A DNA stretch of 64,000 nucleotides from Eremomyces bilateralis CBS 781.70 (lineage: Eukaryota). Made by a program: the position numbers and the translations under genes. Positions 26,039 through 39,092 of this stretch are shown here, one piece after another. The notes under the pieces were generated by a model that saw only the letters and a program-made list of their open reading frames with translations, searched no databases and had not been told where the DNA came from. The stretch lies in the NCBI GenBank assembly GCA_010015585.1, contig ML975152.1. One strand, written 5' to 3'. Numbering within the stretch: position 1 is the stretch's first letter; each line of letters begins with the position of its first letter.

Positions 26039-26588
26039 ATCGTCACGCAGTTATAGAAGGAATACTTAGGTCGAAGGGATCATAACAGCAGTGGAAAGCA
26101 GTGGGAACTTTGAATTCAGTGTCATGGAACGCCGTTGCGGTGTTCCGCAATAGACCACCGAAAATCATCGTTGCCATCAACTTGCGATGGATGATTATTG
26201 TGGCGCATCGGAGACGCCAAGCCCGTTGCCCGATACTCATCAACTAGAATCCAAGTGTAAAAGTAGCGCATTCGCTCCTGATATATTCAAACTTTCAAAG
26301 AGAATCAAATTCCAATTACATCTTGTGGAAAAAGCCGATTGCTTGAGTATTGTTATTACGGCGATACACGTATCCATTATCAGTCTGCGCTATGAACTAT
26401 TCCGTGCCAACCCCTATACAGTCATTAGTAGAGTATAGGATAGAAGAGAGTATGCCATCTCTGAAGATGCATACCCATACCATACTATGACAAAGTGTCA
26501 CCTAAAGGAGATCATCCTTTTCCGCTTCATATTGTCTCTGAAGATGTGTGATCCGCTCTTTATCTGGAGCTCTCACCTTCGAGACCCT

Positions 26589-28013
26589 TTACAACAGCGA
26601 CATCCCTACACCTGTCGACACCAGGACCACGGCGCACGTCATGAACATGCCCATATCCCCCTTCCATCCCGGCACCTGCACCGAACGCGCCGCAGCCGCA
26701 GTCGAGCTCGCACCCGCGCCTCCACCCGCCGTTGCCGTCGCCGTCACCTTCCCACTGCCCGGCGTCGCCGTCCCGGAGCTGCCCGTCCCCGCGTTCTGGC
26801 TGCCGTCGCCACTCAACCCCGGTCCCGGACCGGCACCCTTCTCCATGTACTCCATGGCCGGTTCCGGGATGGCCGGGAGCTTGTCGTCGCCGACTTCCCA
26901 GGATGAGCTCTTCGCAGGGCATTTACTGGCTTCGCCGCCGGTAGACGCTCCGGCATCGCCGTCAGGGGGACTGGCGCCCTCAAGGGCGGTGCGGAGGATG
27001 TCGAAGTCGTCGAGGTTGCTAACCTCATCACCGTTGATTTGCACGAGTCCGTACTTGCTGCCCTCTTCGGAGTATTCGTAGACAAGACCGCCAGAGTAGA
27101 CGGAGGTCATCTTGTCGGAGTAGAGAGCAGTGACTTCTTCGAAAGTGCGCTCCTTTTTATTGCAGCCGAATTCAGAGAGGCTACAGAAGTTAGTCGACCG
27201 AAAATGCATCGGGATGTTGGGGACGACTTACAAAAGGGGAATGTTGTATTTGGAGTACTGCTCAACCTTGGCCTTCCACCCGGACTCGTCGAACGTTGAC
27301 GGCGGGCACCAGGAATAGTCATTGAAAGCGAAGAAGTCCGACCGCTCATCATCCGTTCCGCAGTTCATGTACTCCGCCATCTCGAATCGGTTCTCGTCCA
27401 CGTCCGCCGCCGAGTATCCGACGGGGATCGCGCGGTATCCGCGCGATCCGATGTACTGCCGCATGTCTCGCGTCACCGCCTTCACCCACGGCGCCGCTTT
27501 CGTCGTGTCGTTATCGTTGATCACCTCGTTAGCGGAGAAGAACAGCAGTGTGTTGTCGTAGTTGGCAAACGCGTCGATGGCGGCGAACACGCTCTGGAGG
27601 TAGACGTCGTTGTACGACGGCTCGGGGTCCGCGCGGTTGAGGCTGTACTTGGGCGAATTCACGTCCAGCGCCAGGTAGATGCCGGCGTCCGCGAGCAGCT
27701 TCATGCACTCGTCGTGGTTTGCGGTGCTGTCGACCGTGTACACGCGGATCGTGTTGATGCCCAACTCCTCGAACTTCTTGACGTCCCGTCGGCAGCTCTC
27801 GACATCGGCAATAGGGTCCGCGATGTTGGAGCTGCCGCCCGGTTGGTAGGCGACGCCGCGGACGTAGAAACGCTTGTCGCCGGCGTAGAAGGCGTTCCCC
27901 TTGACGGACACTTGAGGGACGCTCCCTGAGCTGGTGGAAGAACCCTGGGGGCTTGGCTTGGCGAGGGCCGTGGTGGCTGCCGTGAGGGCAAGAAGGGCGT
28001 TAAGATGCATCAT
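26589..28013 (-). CDS. GPI-anchored beta-1,3-glucanosyltransferase, GH72 (Gel/Gas family, no CBM43 domain); intron 27231-27181
   Basis: Signal peptide, motifs RFYVRGVAYQP, GINTIRVY, FFSANEVIN, LSEFGCN and YSGGLVYEY, an S/G/T-rich stalk and a hydrophobic GPI signal. Confidence 0.95.
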
Positions 28014-29809
28014 TATGAGTTATGACAAAGGTAAAAGAATGTGGTTTAATGCTCAAAGGTTGTGTGGCCGTCTCTGTCAACCAAGGCAACTAATGAGGGG
28101 AAAATGGAGAGCAGCGGGAGTGACCAGTATTAGAAAGAAACAGTCGCGCTTATCAAACGAAGGTGGAACACAATCAGTGAACAGTGAATCAAAATGAATT
28201 TCGAGACAGCAACGATCTCTGAACGACGGACCGGGAAAAAACAGAAAAGTCGGAAGGAAAGAATGCACGTCTGCGTGGTCCTGTGGAGGCACAAGATTAT
28301 AAAAGGGACCTTAGGGTCAAGCACCGGGGGTTTGTCTGGACGTGATGGTGACCTCCATTACTCCATACCACCACAGTCCACAGTCCACAGTCCACTCCAC
28401 ACATGCCAGACATGAAATCTTCCCTGTTTGATCCCGACCCGCAGCTGGCACCACCATCCCGTTCCAGCCTCTTGGGCAAAGATGGGCACCCAGCCAGGAA
28501 CTGCACAGCATCGCTGATTGCGATTCGCAACCTATTGGGGCTGTACGGAGGGCAGATGTACGGGATGGGTAGGTTTCTGTGGTCCCGTTCGCCATCGTAC
28601 AGCGGCCTGCTCCAGCGGTCTCCTGTATATCAGTGCTCATCAATAGGTGCCGATCGGGGTTTCAGGTGTGGACGACATGCCACCAGTCTACAAGAAGTGG
28701 GAAGGGGGAGACGGCTTCTCCACTGATCTACCTACATGTGCGTGTCGAGATATCGCAGGCGGGATTCTTCATGCCTGTTGAGAGCCTGGCCAGGACGGAT
28801 GGGCCATTGATATTGCTGCGATTGCTACCGTCGATGAGACACCGTCGAAATATCACTGAAGGGCAGCAAAAGGCTAGTTTTAGCAATCAGCACTTCCGGA
28901 CGAACGAGAAAGTCTGAAGGTTCTTGTACGACCGGCACGGCAACATTGGACTGTCGTGAACGCTCCTGAAACATTGATGACGTTGCGGCCTGTGGACTTT
29001 GGAATGCTATTGGCAACTAACAGAACCCGACATGAAATTTCTCCGCTCTTTAATATGGAAGATATATGGTGGTCACGTGATTGTATAGGGGATGGTCTGG
29101 GTCTTGGCGCAAATCTTTCAATTGGAATCTGATAATGGCGAGGAGTAACCACACGGAGCATACATATACCGCAGGGACATCTGGCTTGACCGAAGTTGAA
29201 ATTCACGCTCTTAATAGCAAAGCCTACAGAAAAAGCGGTGCGGAGTACGCTCCGTCCACCTCGTCCGTGAAACCGGCGTAAAACCGTGACCATGAATGCC
29301 TCGAATAATTGAATTGTCTGCGATCCGTCTCCTTGAAAAAAAGGGACGTGACCATTCGCATTCCATGCCGTATATCTATCATGTCTCGTTCATACAGTAC
29401 AAAGATTCCCTATCGCCCTCCGCACGAAAAGATGGAATTGAAAAGCATCGCATCCGTCATCATAAGAAGAGATTCCACCGCCCGCTGACGGCCTGAAACG
29501 GGTCAGATGCCCGGTGACTATCCCGGGATTGGCTGGATCGGGTCCGGTAGTAATGTAAAAGTGTCTTCAAAGCTGTTCCATCCGTAAATGAACGCTGCAA
29601 ATGCCCCGACATGAACAAATGTTGGGAAAAATAAATCCGCGTTGGGGGGTCGCGAAATGAATGTCAATCAAAGCCGCCTTCCTTGCGATGCGAGGAGGCT
29701 GTTGCCATCTCCCGTGCACGAAACGCTCGGTGCAAGTCGCGAGTCCGCCAAATAATCGCTCAAACGGTGAAAACCCGCGTCACACCCTGTGACTCTCATT
29801 TCCTCCCCA

Positions 29810-32800
29810 TCAGGACCGCAACCCCTCCTTACTCTTCCAGAACTTCATCATCCGGCTCAACCTGCTCCCCCTTTTTTCCCGCCGCGCATCCGAATCCATG
29901 GAGACGCCGGCTTTCTCTCCCATGTCTCGGCTGTGGCCGTGGCCGTCGCCCTCGCCCGCCCGCTGCTCAACCGATAGCTTGCTCTTCTCGCCCAACGCGC
30001 CGCCCACACCCATTAGTCGCGACAGGCTGACGATGCTCGCGCGCTTGCGGCGGCGGTTATGCAGGTCGGTGTCACTCGGGTTGTCGTGGTGGGCCATGTG
30101 GCCCTGCGCTTGGGGCGTTGACTCGTCGGTGGCGTTCAGGGCAAGGGAACTGCGTGCGGACAACCCGATCGAGCAGACGCTGGCGGAGCGAGCGTCGCGG
30201 AGATAAGGGAGCGTGAAGGCAGACGTCGGGCGGGCGAGCGGTGCGCGTGAGACGGGGGTCCCACTAGAGCTCTGGGGGACGGCGTACGTGGGGTTGAAGA
30301 ATTGGAGGTGATTTGGCGGCCCTGGTGCGGTGACGCCAGAGGTCGGAGGTCCGTTCGTTGCGGTGGACCGCGAGGATGTGAGCGAGGGCACATCGTCGAC
30401 GGATACGCGGATGGGCACCTCGGAGCCATCGGGGAGGAGCATCATCATTTCTCGCATGGATTGCGCCTCCGCAAAGTCACCAGCCTCGTGGGTGCCACGA
30501 CCATCGGTCACCGAGCTTGTCGCTGTGCCAAGTCGGGGGGTTTCGAAGCTCGATTGACTGGCACTGAAAGCTGGGGAAGAGAAGGCGGAGGATGTAGAAG
30601 AATCAGGCGTCATGAGCGGCGGAAGAGGCGGTGGTGGTGGTAGTCCAAGTGAGAACGCGTGCGGGGAAGGAGCGGTAGCTGGAAGCCCCAGAGTAAACGA
30701 GTGTGGTGCGGGGGACGGGGATTTGATAGGGAGCTGGAGAGGGGAGTCCGAGGTCGGATGTAAAGGGGGTGTAATTGTACTGTCGGAATCGCGGGTAAGA
30801 GAAGAAGCACGCGGCTCTTCATGAGGTTCAACAACCTCTACGGGAGATGGGTCCCGATGATAGCTTGGAAAGTGGTAGGAAGGAGCCAAAGGTTCTGTGA
30901 CCATCACGTCAGAGGAGACGGGGAGATCGTCCCCAACGGGTCCTGCCACAGGTGGATCGGCCGTAAAAGCGTCCCCGGGACTCTGGGTGGAAGGTTGGTT
31001 AATCTCGCCAAAGTCAAATCCTGAAAGGTCATCCGAAGGGTTGGCTGGCGGCACGTCATACTGCAACATCTTCCCTTCGTCTTTCGACGCTCCCGTCAAA
31101 CTCAGCTTGGGAACGTTCTTCGCTCCACGCATCCCATTTCGCTTGGGCGAGTCTTCCTCCTCTTCCTCATCCTCTTCAAATACATCAGCCATTGTGGACA
31201 CAGGTGCGACTCCAGAGCGTGCTTCGAAAGGCACCAGCTCGGGCGCGCTCTCAGTCCGCCGATGGTTATTTTGAAACGAATTGTTTGGCAGAGCGCCACT
31301 GTGCATGGAACGACGAGCCGAACGGCAATTGCGTCCCGAATTTCCCACAGATGGCGTATTGAAAGGTCCGAGGGCAGCGTCGAGGTCGATAACCGGACTC
31401 ATGGTATCGCTATCATGCACCGGACCGAGCTTCGGGGTACTTGCGAGGGAGCTTGTTTCGGGGTTGATGCGAGGAGTACGCAAGTCATCGGCGGCCACAA
31501 TAGTGACGGTGTCATCTACGTCAAAGTTCTCCAGCAGAAAGCTTGTCGACAGATCCGGGATGGTATCCATGTCATCATCTGCGCTGCTCTCGGAATCCTG
31601 GGGTTGCGTCTGGGTTCTGGACTTGGTCTGCTGTGATTTTGGCTTCCGGATCAACGAATTAGCCCATGATTTCACTTTGCGGGGCTTGCGGGCTTTGCCG
31701 GTAGCGTCCTTCGTATCGGCGGCCACCGTTTCTTCTCCGGCTGTCGATTGAAAGGGTTCCGGTGAAGATGCAAGTGATGGATCTGATGCCGAAGGATGAA
31801 GCGACGGAGAGACTGGAGTGGGAGATCGTCGATGTTCCCATCCAAAGAACGCCCGCTTCTTTGGCGGAGGCGATCCCGTAACAGTGGGAAATTCTCGAGT
31901 CGGCTTCGAAGGAGAGGGAGAATAAGACGAGTTTGGACGGGATATCGTCCCGGAAACTTTGTCTTGCCCGCCAGTGAATAAGTCGAGGATATCGCCCGCA
32001 GTGCCAGGTCGCGCCCGAGGGCTCTCATCTTCGAATGTTGTGTGCAAAGAAGGACGCCCGCTTCGCGCAGGTGAGGGACTTGACGCACCGCCACTGACAA
32101 CCGACGAAAGACTTCCTGTAACGGAATGACCTCGAATCGTTGAGAGAGAGCTTTCCGTCTCCGAGGAAATCGTGGACAAAGGTCGAATGTACTCAACTTT
32201 TTCCGAGAAGCCGACACGTGCGCGATGAGAAAGGAGTCGTCGAGGACTCGATTCGGGTCCCGGCTCCACGGAAGGATCCGCCGGCAGATTCACGGACGAC
32301 TGAGACACGCTTCGCCTACTTGGAATGGGGAAGAACGGCTTGATATCGGTCTCGAGGGGAGTAACTGGAGCACTCCCGCCTGTGGGAAGTGGATTCGGAA
32401 GCGGATTCAATTCCCTCGGTTGCAAGATCGACTGGAGATCATGACCCGAAATCGCCCCGGACCGTCGATGAGCATGACCGCGTCGACCTGGTGGTGGCCC
32501 CAACCGCGTCGGCGCGCTTCCCGCTAGAGCAAAGCCGTCTCCTTTGGGCGGACTGTTGCTAACTACGGACACCGTCCCATATCGTGCGTCTCCGCCGACC
32601 AGCTCACTTCCGCCACGTCGATGACCCATGGGCCTCGACGGTGTGCTCGGACTGGGGAGAGGAGGTGAGTGAGGCGGTGTTGACGTTGAGCTCCCCGGAG
32701 CGGACCCTAACCCAGCGGGATTGAACGAGAAGTTGGGAAGGGCGTTCACAGAACGGCGTTCGGAGATGGCGGCGCGGGGGACGCGCTTCGAAGTCGGTAG

Positions 32801-32995
32801 GATCTGTGTTGAGAGGGGACGCTTCGTTGACCTGGTTGTAGAACCATCGCTAGGGAGTGCGGGAAAGACAAAGTCGGGATTAGGGAGGAGCTCGACGTGC
32901 GCATCGTTGATCGGAGAGCGTTGCGAGTGCATTGTCGATCCCATCGTGTTTGGTTCGTGGGAAAACGACGCGTCAAGAGAGAACGGCATCGCCAT
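29810..32995 (-). CDS. Large S/P-rich, likely disordered fungal protein (1061 aa), single exon
   Basis: Long uninterrupted ORF with motif-like islands GHRRGGSELVGG, HAHRRSGAISGHDL, RVGFSEKVEYIRPLSTISSET, PVIDLDAALGPF and HRRTESAP. Confidence 0.85.
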   Translation of the reverse strand: MAMPFSLDASFSHEPNTMGSTMHSQRSPINDAHVELLPNPDFVFPALPSDGSTTRSTKRPLSTQILPTSKRVPRAAISERRSVNALPNFSFNPAGLGSAPGSSTSTPPHSPPLPSPSTPSRPMGHRRGGSELVGGDARYGTVSVVSNSPPKGDGFALAGSAPTRLGPPPGRRGHAHRRSGAISGHDLQSILQPRELNPLPNPLPTGGSAPVTPLETDIKPFFPIPSRRSVSQSSVNLPADPSVEPGPESSPRRLLSHRARVGFSEKVEYIRPLSTISSETESSLSTIRGHSVTGSLSSVVSGGASSPSPARSGRPSLHTTFEDESPRARPGTAGDILDLFTGGQDKVSGTISRPNSSYSPSPSKPTREFPTVTGSPPPKKRAFFGWEHRRSPTPVSPSLHPSASDPSLASSPEPFQSTAGEETVAADTKDATGKARKPRKVKSWANSLIRKPKSQQTKSRTQTQPQDSESSADDDMDTIPDLSTSFLLENFDVDDTVTIVAADDLRTPRINPETSSLASTPKLGPVHDSDTMSPVIDLDAALGPFNTPSVGNSGRNCRSARRSMHSGALPNNSFQNNHRRTESAPELVPFEARSGVAPVSTMADVFEEDEEEEEDSPKRNGMRGAKNVPKLSLTGASKDEGKMLQYDVPPANPSDDLSGFDFGEINQPSTQSPGDAFTADPPVAGPVGDDLPVSSDVMVTEPLAPSYHFPSYHRDPSPVEVVEPHEEPRASSLTRDSDSTITPPLHPTSDSPLQLPIKSPSPAPHSFTLGLPATAPSPHAFSLGLPPPPPLPPLMTPDSSTSSAFSSPAFSASQSSFETPRLGTATSSVTDGRGTHEAGDFAEAQSMREMMMLLPDGSEVPIRVSVDDVPSLTSSRSTATNGPPTSGVTAPGPPNHLQFFNPTYAVPQSSSGTPVSRAPLARPTSAFTLPYLRDARSASVCSIGLSARSSLALNATDESTPQAQGHMAHHDNPSDTDLHNRRRKRASIVSLSRLMGVGGALGEKSKLSVEQRAGEGDGHGHSRDMGEKAGVSMDSDARREKRGSRLSRMMKFWKSKEGLRS

Positions 32996-33696
32996 GCCGA
33001 CGTTTGATATGGTAAATACAGACTGTAGCTGCGTATAATCTAGCCACGGTGGTGGATATGAAGGCGGATCTTCTTAGATTGGGTAATTCTTGTCTGCTGC
33101 CTGGACAGGTCAAGAGATGGATTATGATTCCGCAACGTTGTACCGAGTGGGTAACCCCGGTGGATGGGAATGGATGGGCTCAAGGAGCGACACTAAAAAC
33201 AAGCATTCAAAGCAATTTTGCATTACTGGCTCCAGGGCAAGTTAGCGAACTGAAACCAACGGGTGCAGCTGATCGCACAGGGCGTCGATGGAAATGAAGC
33301 GACATACAGAGTACGTAGCAATCGAAGCGACCGAAGCAGCCGCTTGAAGCGAGGGACCGTGGTACAAGCTGAGCAAGGTGGATGGGGGATCGTTTCGTCG
33401 CTCGCAGGTGAGCAATCCGGAGCGACGAAACGGGCGTGGAATGAAGGAACGGACGGCGACGAAGATCGACTCTCGCGATGGAAGAGTCGATCAGCGAGCC
33501 AAAAGAGAGGAGGGGAGAGGGAAGGTAGAAAATGACGGGGGGGGGAGGGAGAGATGGTTGTGGAGAAGGGGAGGGTGGATGAAGAAGTTTAAAAGAGAGG
33601 CAGAGGAGGAAGAGGAGGAAGAGGAGTTTCCAGTTGGGAGGAGTGAGGACTGGAGGGAAACGGTGGAAGTGAGGCACCCGGCTACAAGTCGCTGTA

Positions 33697-33738
33697 GGGA
33701 AGAATAGTGTGGGAAGAATAGTGCGGGAAGAATAGTGT
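33697..33738. repeat. Tandem repeat, 3 x 14 bp (GGGAAGAATAGTGY)
   Basis: Three adjacent copies read directly from the sequence, upstream of the 1061-aa gene. Confidence 0.9.
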
Positions 33739-36700
33739 GCCTGGCTTAGGCCCTTAGCAGCAGTAGCGTCCACACCCCAAATCCGATGACACGGGCGGGT
33801 GCAGTGGGAGAGAGGCGGATTGGCGGGCGCAATCAGTTTGGTGCTGCAATGGGCGCTGCAATTGGCGGGTTGGCAGGCCCAACGGCGTGTTTGGTTCAAT
33901 TGGCGGGGATGCAGATGGGGGGTGCGGATTGGCGGATGGTTGGCCGATTTCTCTAGGGGCTCATCTTATACAGCTGCACTTCATCTGCAATCTGCATAAC
34001 AAACAGCCTAAGAACAACAGTTTGAGGTAAGGTAAGGTACCTACTTAGTTACCTGCTAGTTACCTGCTAACTTAGTTATCATATCTAAATCCTAATACAT
34101 ATTCCTTCCTTAGAGAATATCGTCAATATTCATTCTGCCACAATTCTGTTTTGGTTTCATTGTTATTATGGTCCGCCGATCGGGTGCCTCTGTTGCTCCC
34201 GTCGGATCCCTCCATACCCTCGCTCTCACTCGCTCCATAACACTTCTCAACCGGTTCTTTGCTTAATTACACTTCATTTCCCATTCCCAGCCCAGAGATG
34301 CCTCCAATTTATCCAATCTCCAATTTCCATTTCCCAGCCCAATCGTCCAGCTCGCCCAGCTTAATTCTGAATTCCACGTCCTGGCCATGAGAAGGGATCG
34401 CCCTCCAAATCAGATCCATGGGGATCGTGTTGCACAGGGCAATCAACCGATCCCCATCTGTCCCGACACATCCCACTTTGCATGGGAGGATGGAGGGTGA
34501 TTTACGGAAGATGATGTACCTATCCGCTCGGCGTCTATCGCTTCCCTTCTCTCTTTACTTTCTCAAGTCAACAGATGGGATCGTGGAAATGATACCCGAC
34601 AACACGCCCGAATTGATTCCACCTTTGCACTTCCTACATGGTGGATTGGCCCTTACATCAGGATCAGGCCTGGGTGGCGGCAATGACACCAGCTACATAA
34701 TAGCGTGCCTGACTGACGGGTTAGTCTCTGTTCGTAGCCGACACGTACAAATGCACAAAGGTAGGCTATCATCACCATCATCTCCGTTCCCTTCAGTCGT
34801 GGGACAGTTGGAGTGTTGGACGGTTAGACGGTTAGAGCGGATCGGAGCACCAAATTGGTTCATCTCGGCATCTCGCCAACGCCAACTGGTGACCGGGTTT
34901 CCGCTGACAACCGACAAGCGGTCGACAACACCCATCCATCTGTCGCAGATTCGCAGTCCACCTAAGTCTCAATGTGGGACACGTCCGTTGTCGATCTCCG
35001 CTCCGCTTCAGCCTTCTTTCTTCCCGACATGGGCGACTTGAGAGTTGAGACATCTCTCCCGCTCGCTCTCCGTGGCCTCGGTTTTGGTTTCGAGTGGCAA
35101 CTTTCAACTCACGAAATAGATGATTATCGATCCAAGTAGTACCCATCTGCACGGCTGTGTGTGGTGTTAGGTGATTTCTCCCACGGATATCCCTCAAGAT
35201 TCATCACCATCAGGCCTCAGAGTTCAGACCGCTCCACTCCATCCTCCCACCCTTAATCCATTCCATGGAAACCATGCCAAATTGCCAATTGCCCCAAATG
35301 CCAACACGCACACAAGCACAGTCGCATAAATTGTCCGACTCCCTGTCCCTGCATGCCCAGAGCCCCAGAGACCAGGAAAGCAAGGGCATCCCCAGGCGGT
35401 GCCCCCGCGTGGGCCATGTCCGAATTCCGATATCCCGCATCCAGTGGTCCATCTCCCGTCAAACGTCGCAGATTGCTCGACTCCAATCAACTGCCTTTTG
35501 ACACTAATTAATTATCTGGGCGTAGGCAGCTGGATTCTGGAAACAGTCCCATGTCCAAAATTGCCACACTGACCATCGAGAATGGGACATCGACATTTAG
35601 TCCTTGTTTCAAGAGCGATCTGTACTCTGTCTGTCCTCTGTAAATAAATCAGATTGCGGTCGAGTTCCTAAAGGCTGATTGCCAATGTTGCCAAGGAGGG
35701 GTTTCATCAGCCACGATGCATCTTATTGGTCCCCTTGGAGATTACCTTCCCACTAAACCTCACACTATCCCCTTTTCTCTCTAGTCCTCATCACTCCCAT
35801 GCAACCATGGAACGCACATCACAACTAAACACGCCTCTTGTTCCTCTCAGAGACAGCAGACTAACCTTGATCGGTTATCCTCATGCAATCATCTGCCAGC
35901 TGCCCTCGTTCGCCAGTTCGCCAGTCACCACGCTCTGCCATCCACTACTACCCGACAAGTTAGCGCGTCGACGAATACGGTCGCCACGTCCCCACTAGCG
36001 CTGACGAAACAACCACATCAGGCATTCGAGGATTGCGGAGACGGGAGCAGGAGGACCTGAAAATCGAAACTTGCGTCCGACCCCCACGTCTGATTGGTTG
36101 CGCGTTATCGATGTTCAAACAAAGAATGCATGATCGCGGCTTTCGACTTTCAAGACTCGAGGATCAAGAATCGAGACCGTGGTTTGGTGGTCGAAGGAAT
36201 GAAGGGGGAACATCAGCCATCACGCGTCGAGCACGCTTCCTGCCCGCATATCTGTCGGACATATGATCGTCCTATCATAATGGATACAGCCGTGTCGGAG
36301 ATCATGCAGAAGCCTCCTGCACGCGGGGAAGAAATTTTCCTTGCACGATGGGATACCGCAGGGCGATTCTGCAATGGATGGTTGATACAGATTCATGCAC
36401 TGAACGTCCAAACCAGGCAGGTATGCTGGGGATACGACCAGTTACTACCAGACATAACCAATAACGGTTCGAGAACAACTGCCCAGCGCGCCTTGAAGAT
36501 TTCGATGAAAATGGTGGATTCTAATTTCTGGACTCCAGATACTGGAGCATGGAGGACATGGCATGGCTGACTGACACTTCGGAGATCTCGCTGCACTTGG
36601 AAAGCCACGACTCTCGATCATGTCGTTCCACGATTCCTTCCGGCATTCCCGATGGACCCTCATCAGTCATCAGGTGTTGGCTTTCTTCTTGTTCCACCTC

Positions 36701-37676
36701 GATACGTACTAATTACCTAGGTCCCAACTAGTTAGGACGTCGTGTTCTAAGCTCTCAACTTCCACTCGACCAGATTCTTTTTCGTTGGCATTCGAATTCG
36801 AAATCGGCTTTCCTCCCGTCGATCCATCATCCATATGATTCATGTTAATTGGTGTGGATGCCATCTACCCCGCTAATATCCCGGATTCATAATGTTTCCA
36901 CTTCTTCTCTCCTCAGACCTCAACTCAGGACTCAAGGCTCAAGTGACAAGTCAAGTCATGGGAAATCATTGGAGATCCTGATATCCTCGTTTTGGATGGT
37001 GATGAGCGCCACCACGTCAGCTACCTTGCATGCGAGGGTTGGAACCATTGGTGGCGTCTGCCTGGGCCGATCAGTTTCGGCCGGTCCGACGTCCTAGGTT
37101 GTGGGCGTCCAATCTGGAGATGATTTTGGCTGTGATCTGACCAAGGAAGTCGGTAGTACTAGGTAAGTATTCTCGGGCTGGGAGAAGATTCTAAGGTACA
37201 GATATATCCTTCCTTGCATTACAAAACGCGAAGCACGAAGTGGGATCCCACCGCTATCCATAGGAGAGAGGAAAAGCGTTGTGATGAGATTATCAATAGA
37301 AAGGACATATCTCCTCTTCGGTATCAACAAAGTGACCCCTATGGAGTAGACTATCGAATTTGCTTTTGAGGTATAGATAAATTCTGGATGAGGATCGCGC
37401 CGCTCCATGGCATTCGTTTCTTGATATCGATGGCACCAGATAAATCATAAGCAAAGGACAGCCTGAGCAAGGCTGCGCTTCAGGTTCTACATAGTATCTC
37501 TTACCAATGCTAAGGCCATCATCAATCTGAGGCGTCTTTCATGGCTGCTGGATAAACCGCGCTCTATTCCTCCTAGGTCTATCGCTATCTATTCACCCAG
37601 CACGGGATATTCCCCCACAGAAAAGGGCCGCTCCAGTAATACAGACTGTAAAGTGTTCTCGAAGGAGTCAAATCGC

Positions 37677-39092
37677 TCAAATGTCAAACGCGCCGACAAA
37701 GTGCCCAACGACAACTTTGCCTTCGTCGAATCGAGGCTTCGGCATTCGCACGATGATCGCCGCGTGTGTGTGATGGACCTTGTGGATGTAGACGGGGTAC
37801 TTTTCCCAACCCAGCTCGTCCAACGCGCGAATCATTTCAAATTGGCCTGCGGTGAGCGCCAGAGTAGGGAATTCCGCGTACGGCGCCTTGACCTTGTTCT
37901 TTTCCTTCCCGTTCGCCTGTCCGCTCCCTCCGTCCTCGTGTCCGGCACGGGTGGTTTGTGAGTCAGTGGCATGCTCCTCCTCGAGGTACTCTTCCGCCTG
38001 CGCACTGTTCATGTTCTCGTAGACTTCCTCGGCGGCGCGTCGGACGTTCCGGACTAGCAGCGGGACTTTATATAGGCGAGTCTGTATGCCCGTCTGCCCG
38101 GATTCGTGGAGCCGGATCCGTTGACCGCTCTTGACTGTCTGATATCCCGAGTTGAGGAGGAAGAACACCGTTGCTAGGGGTAGGATGAGGGTGAAGAATG
38201 CAATCAGTGGAATCGCATGAATCGCCCTTCTCGCTCTTGTCGTGATCCACTCCCAGAGTGGGACCGACTGCTCCTCCGCTTTCAATGTGATCGGCTTGCT
38301 CGCATCGATTAAATTCGGCTCATACCCCTTCAAATAGCTGAAGTTCAAATCATGTAACCCCACGAACGGATCTGTCTTCGTGATCGCCGTGGTATAGTAC
38401 ACCGCGCTCCGATCGTTCAGGATGTTCGTATACAAGCTCCGTCTCTTGAACCGCCCCAATGCCTCCATAAACACGCCCTCCTTCTGCGCCAGCACCTCCA
38501 ACAACGGCTTCCCCGTGTCCCGAAACTCATCGATTAGAAACAGCTGCCGCCCGGACATCGATAGTGTCCGCGCCCCCACCACGTTCCACACCTGGTTATG
38601 CCATCCCTTCAACGGCGTCCGCACGCCCAGATGCGGCGACGCGAACGTCACGAAGTTGATCGGCTCCAGTTTCCCTTCCGCGAACCACCCCTGATGGTAC
38701 AGCAACCCGATCGCATACCGCGCCACCAGCCCGCCCAGCGAGTACCCCACAACGCTCAGCTTGCGGATCGGCCGGCCCTCTGACGCGAGCGCGGCCAGCG
38801 TCTCCTCGATCTCATGCGCGACGCGCTCGCCGCCTAGCTCGATGCCGTCGTAGGTGAAGGCGCCGACATTGCGGGCGCAGTTGAGGATGTGGAGGCGGGA
38901 GGGAGGGAAAGCGTCGCGGAGGGTGTCGTGGACGTAGGCGAGGTGTTTCGGGTTGCCCCAGAGGCTAGCGATAAAGGTCAGGTCGGAAATGCGGGCGTAA
39001 AGGCATTTGGGTTATCGCGCAACATCTACGTACCCGTGGACCAAAACACATAGGTGGTCCGGTTCTGCCGAGAATGGCGACTCCGTCCCCAT
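37677..39092 (-). CDS. DUF676 putative lipase/serine esterase (Rog1/Lpl1-like); intron 39033-38965
   Basis: Motifs HLCVLVHG|LWGNP, TYDGIELGGER, nucleophile elbow GYSLGG, TFASPHLG, NDRSAVYYT and HTHAAIIVR, with one TM segment. Confidence 0.9.
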
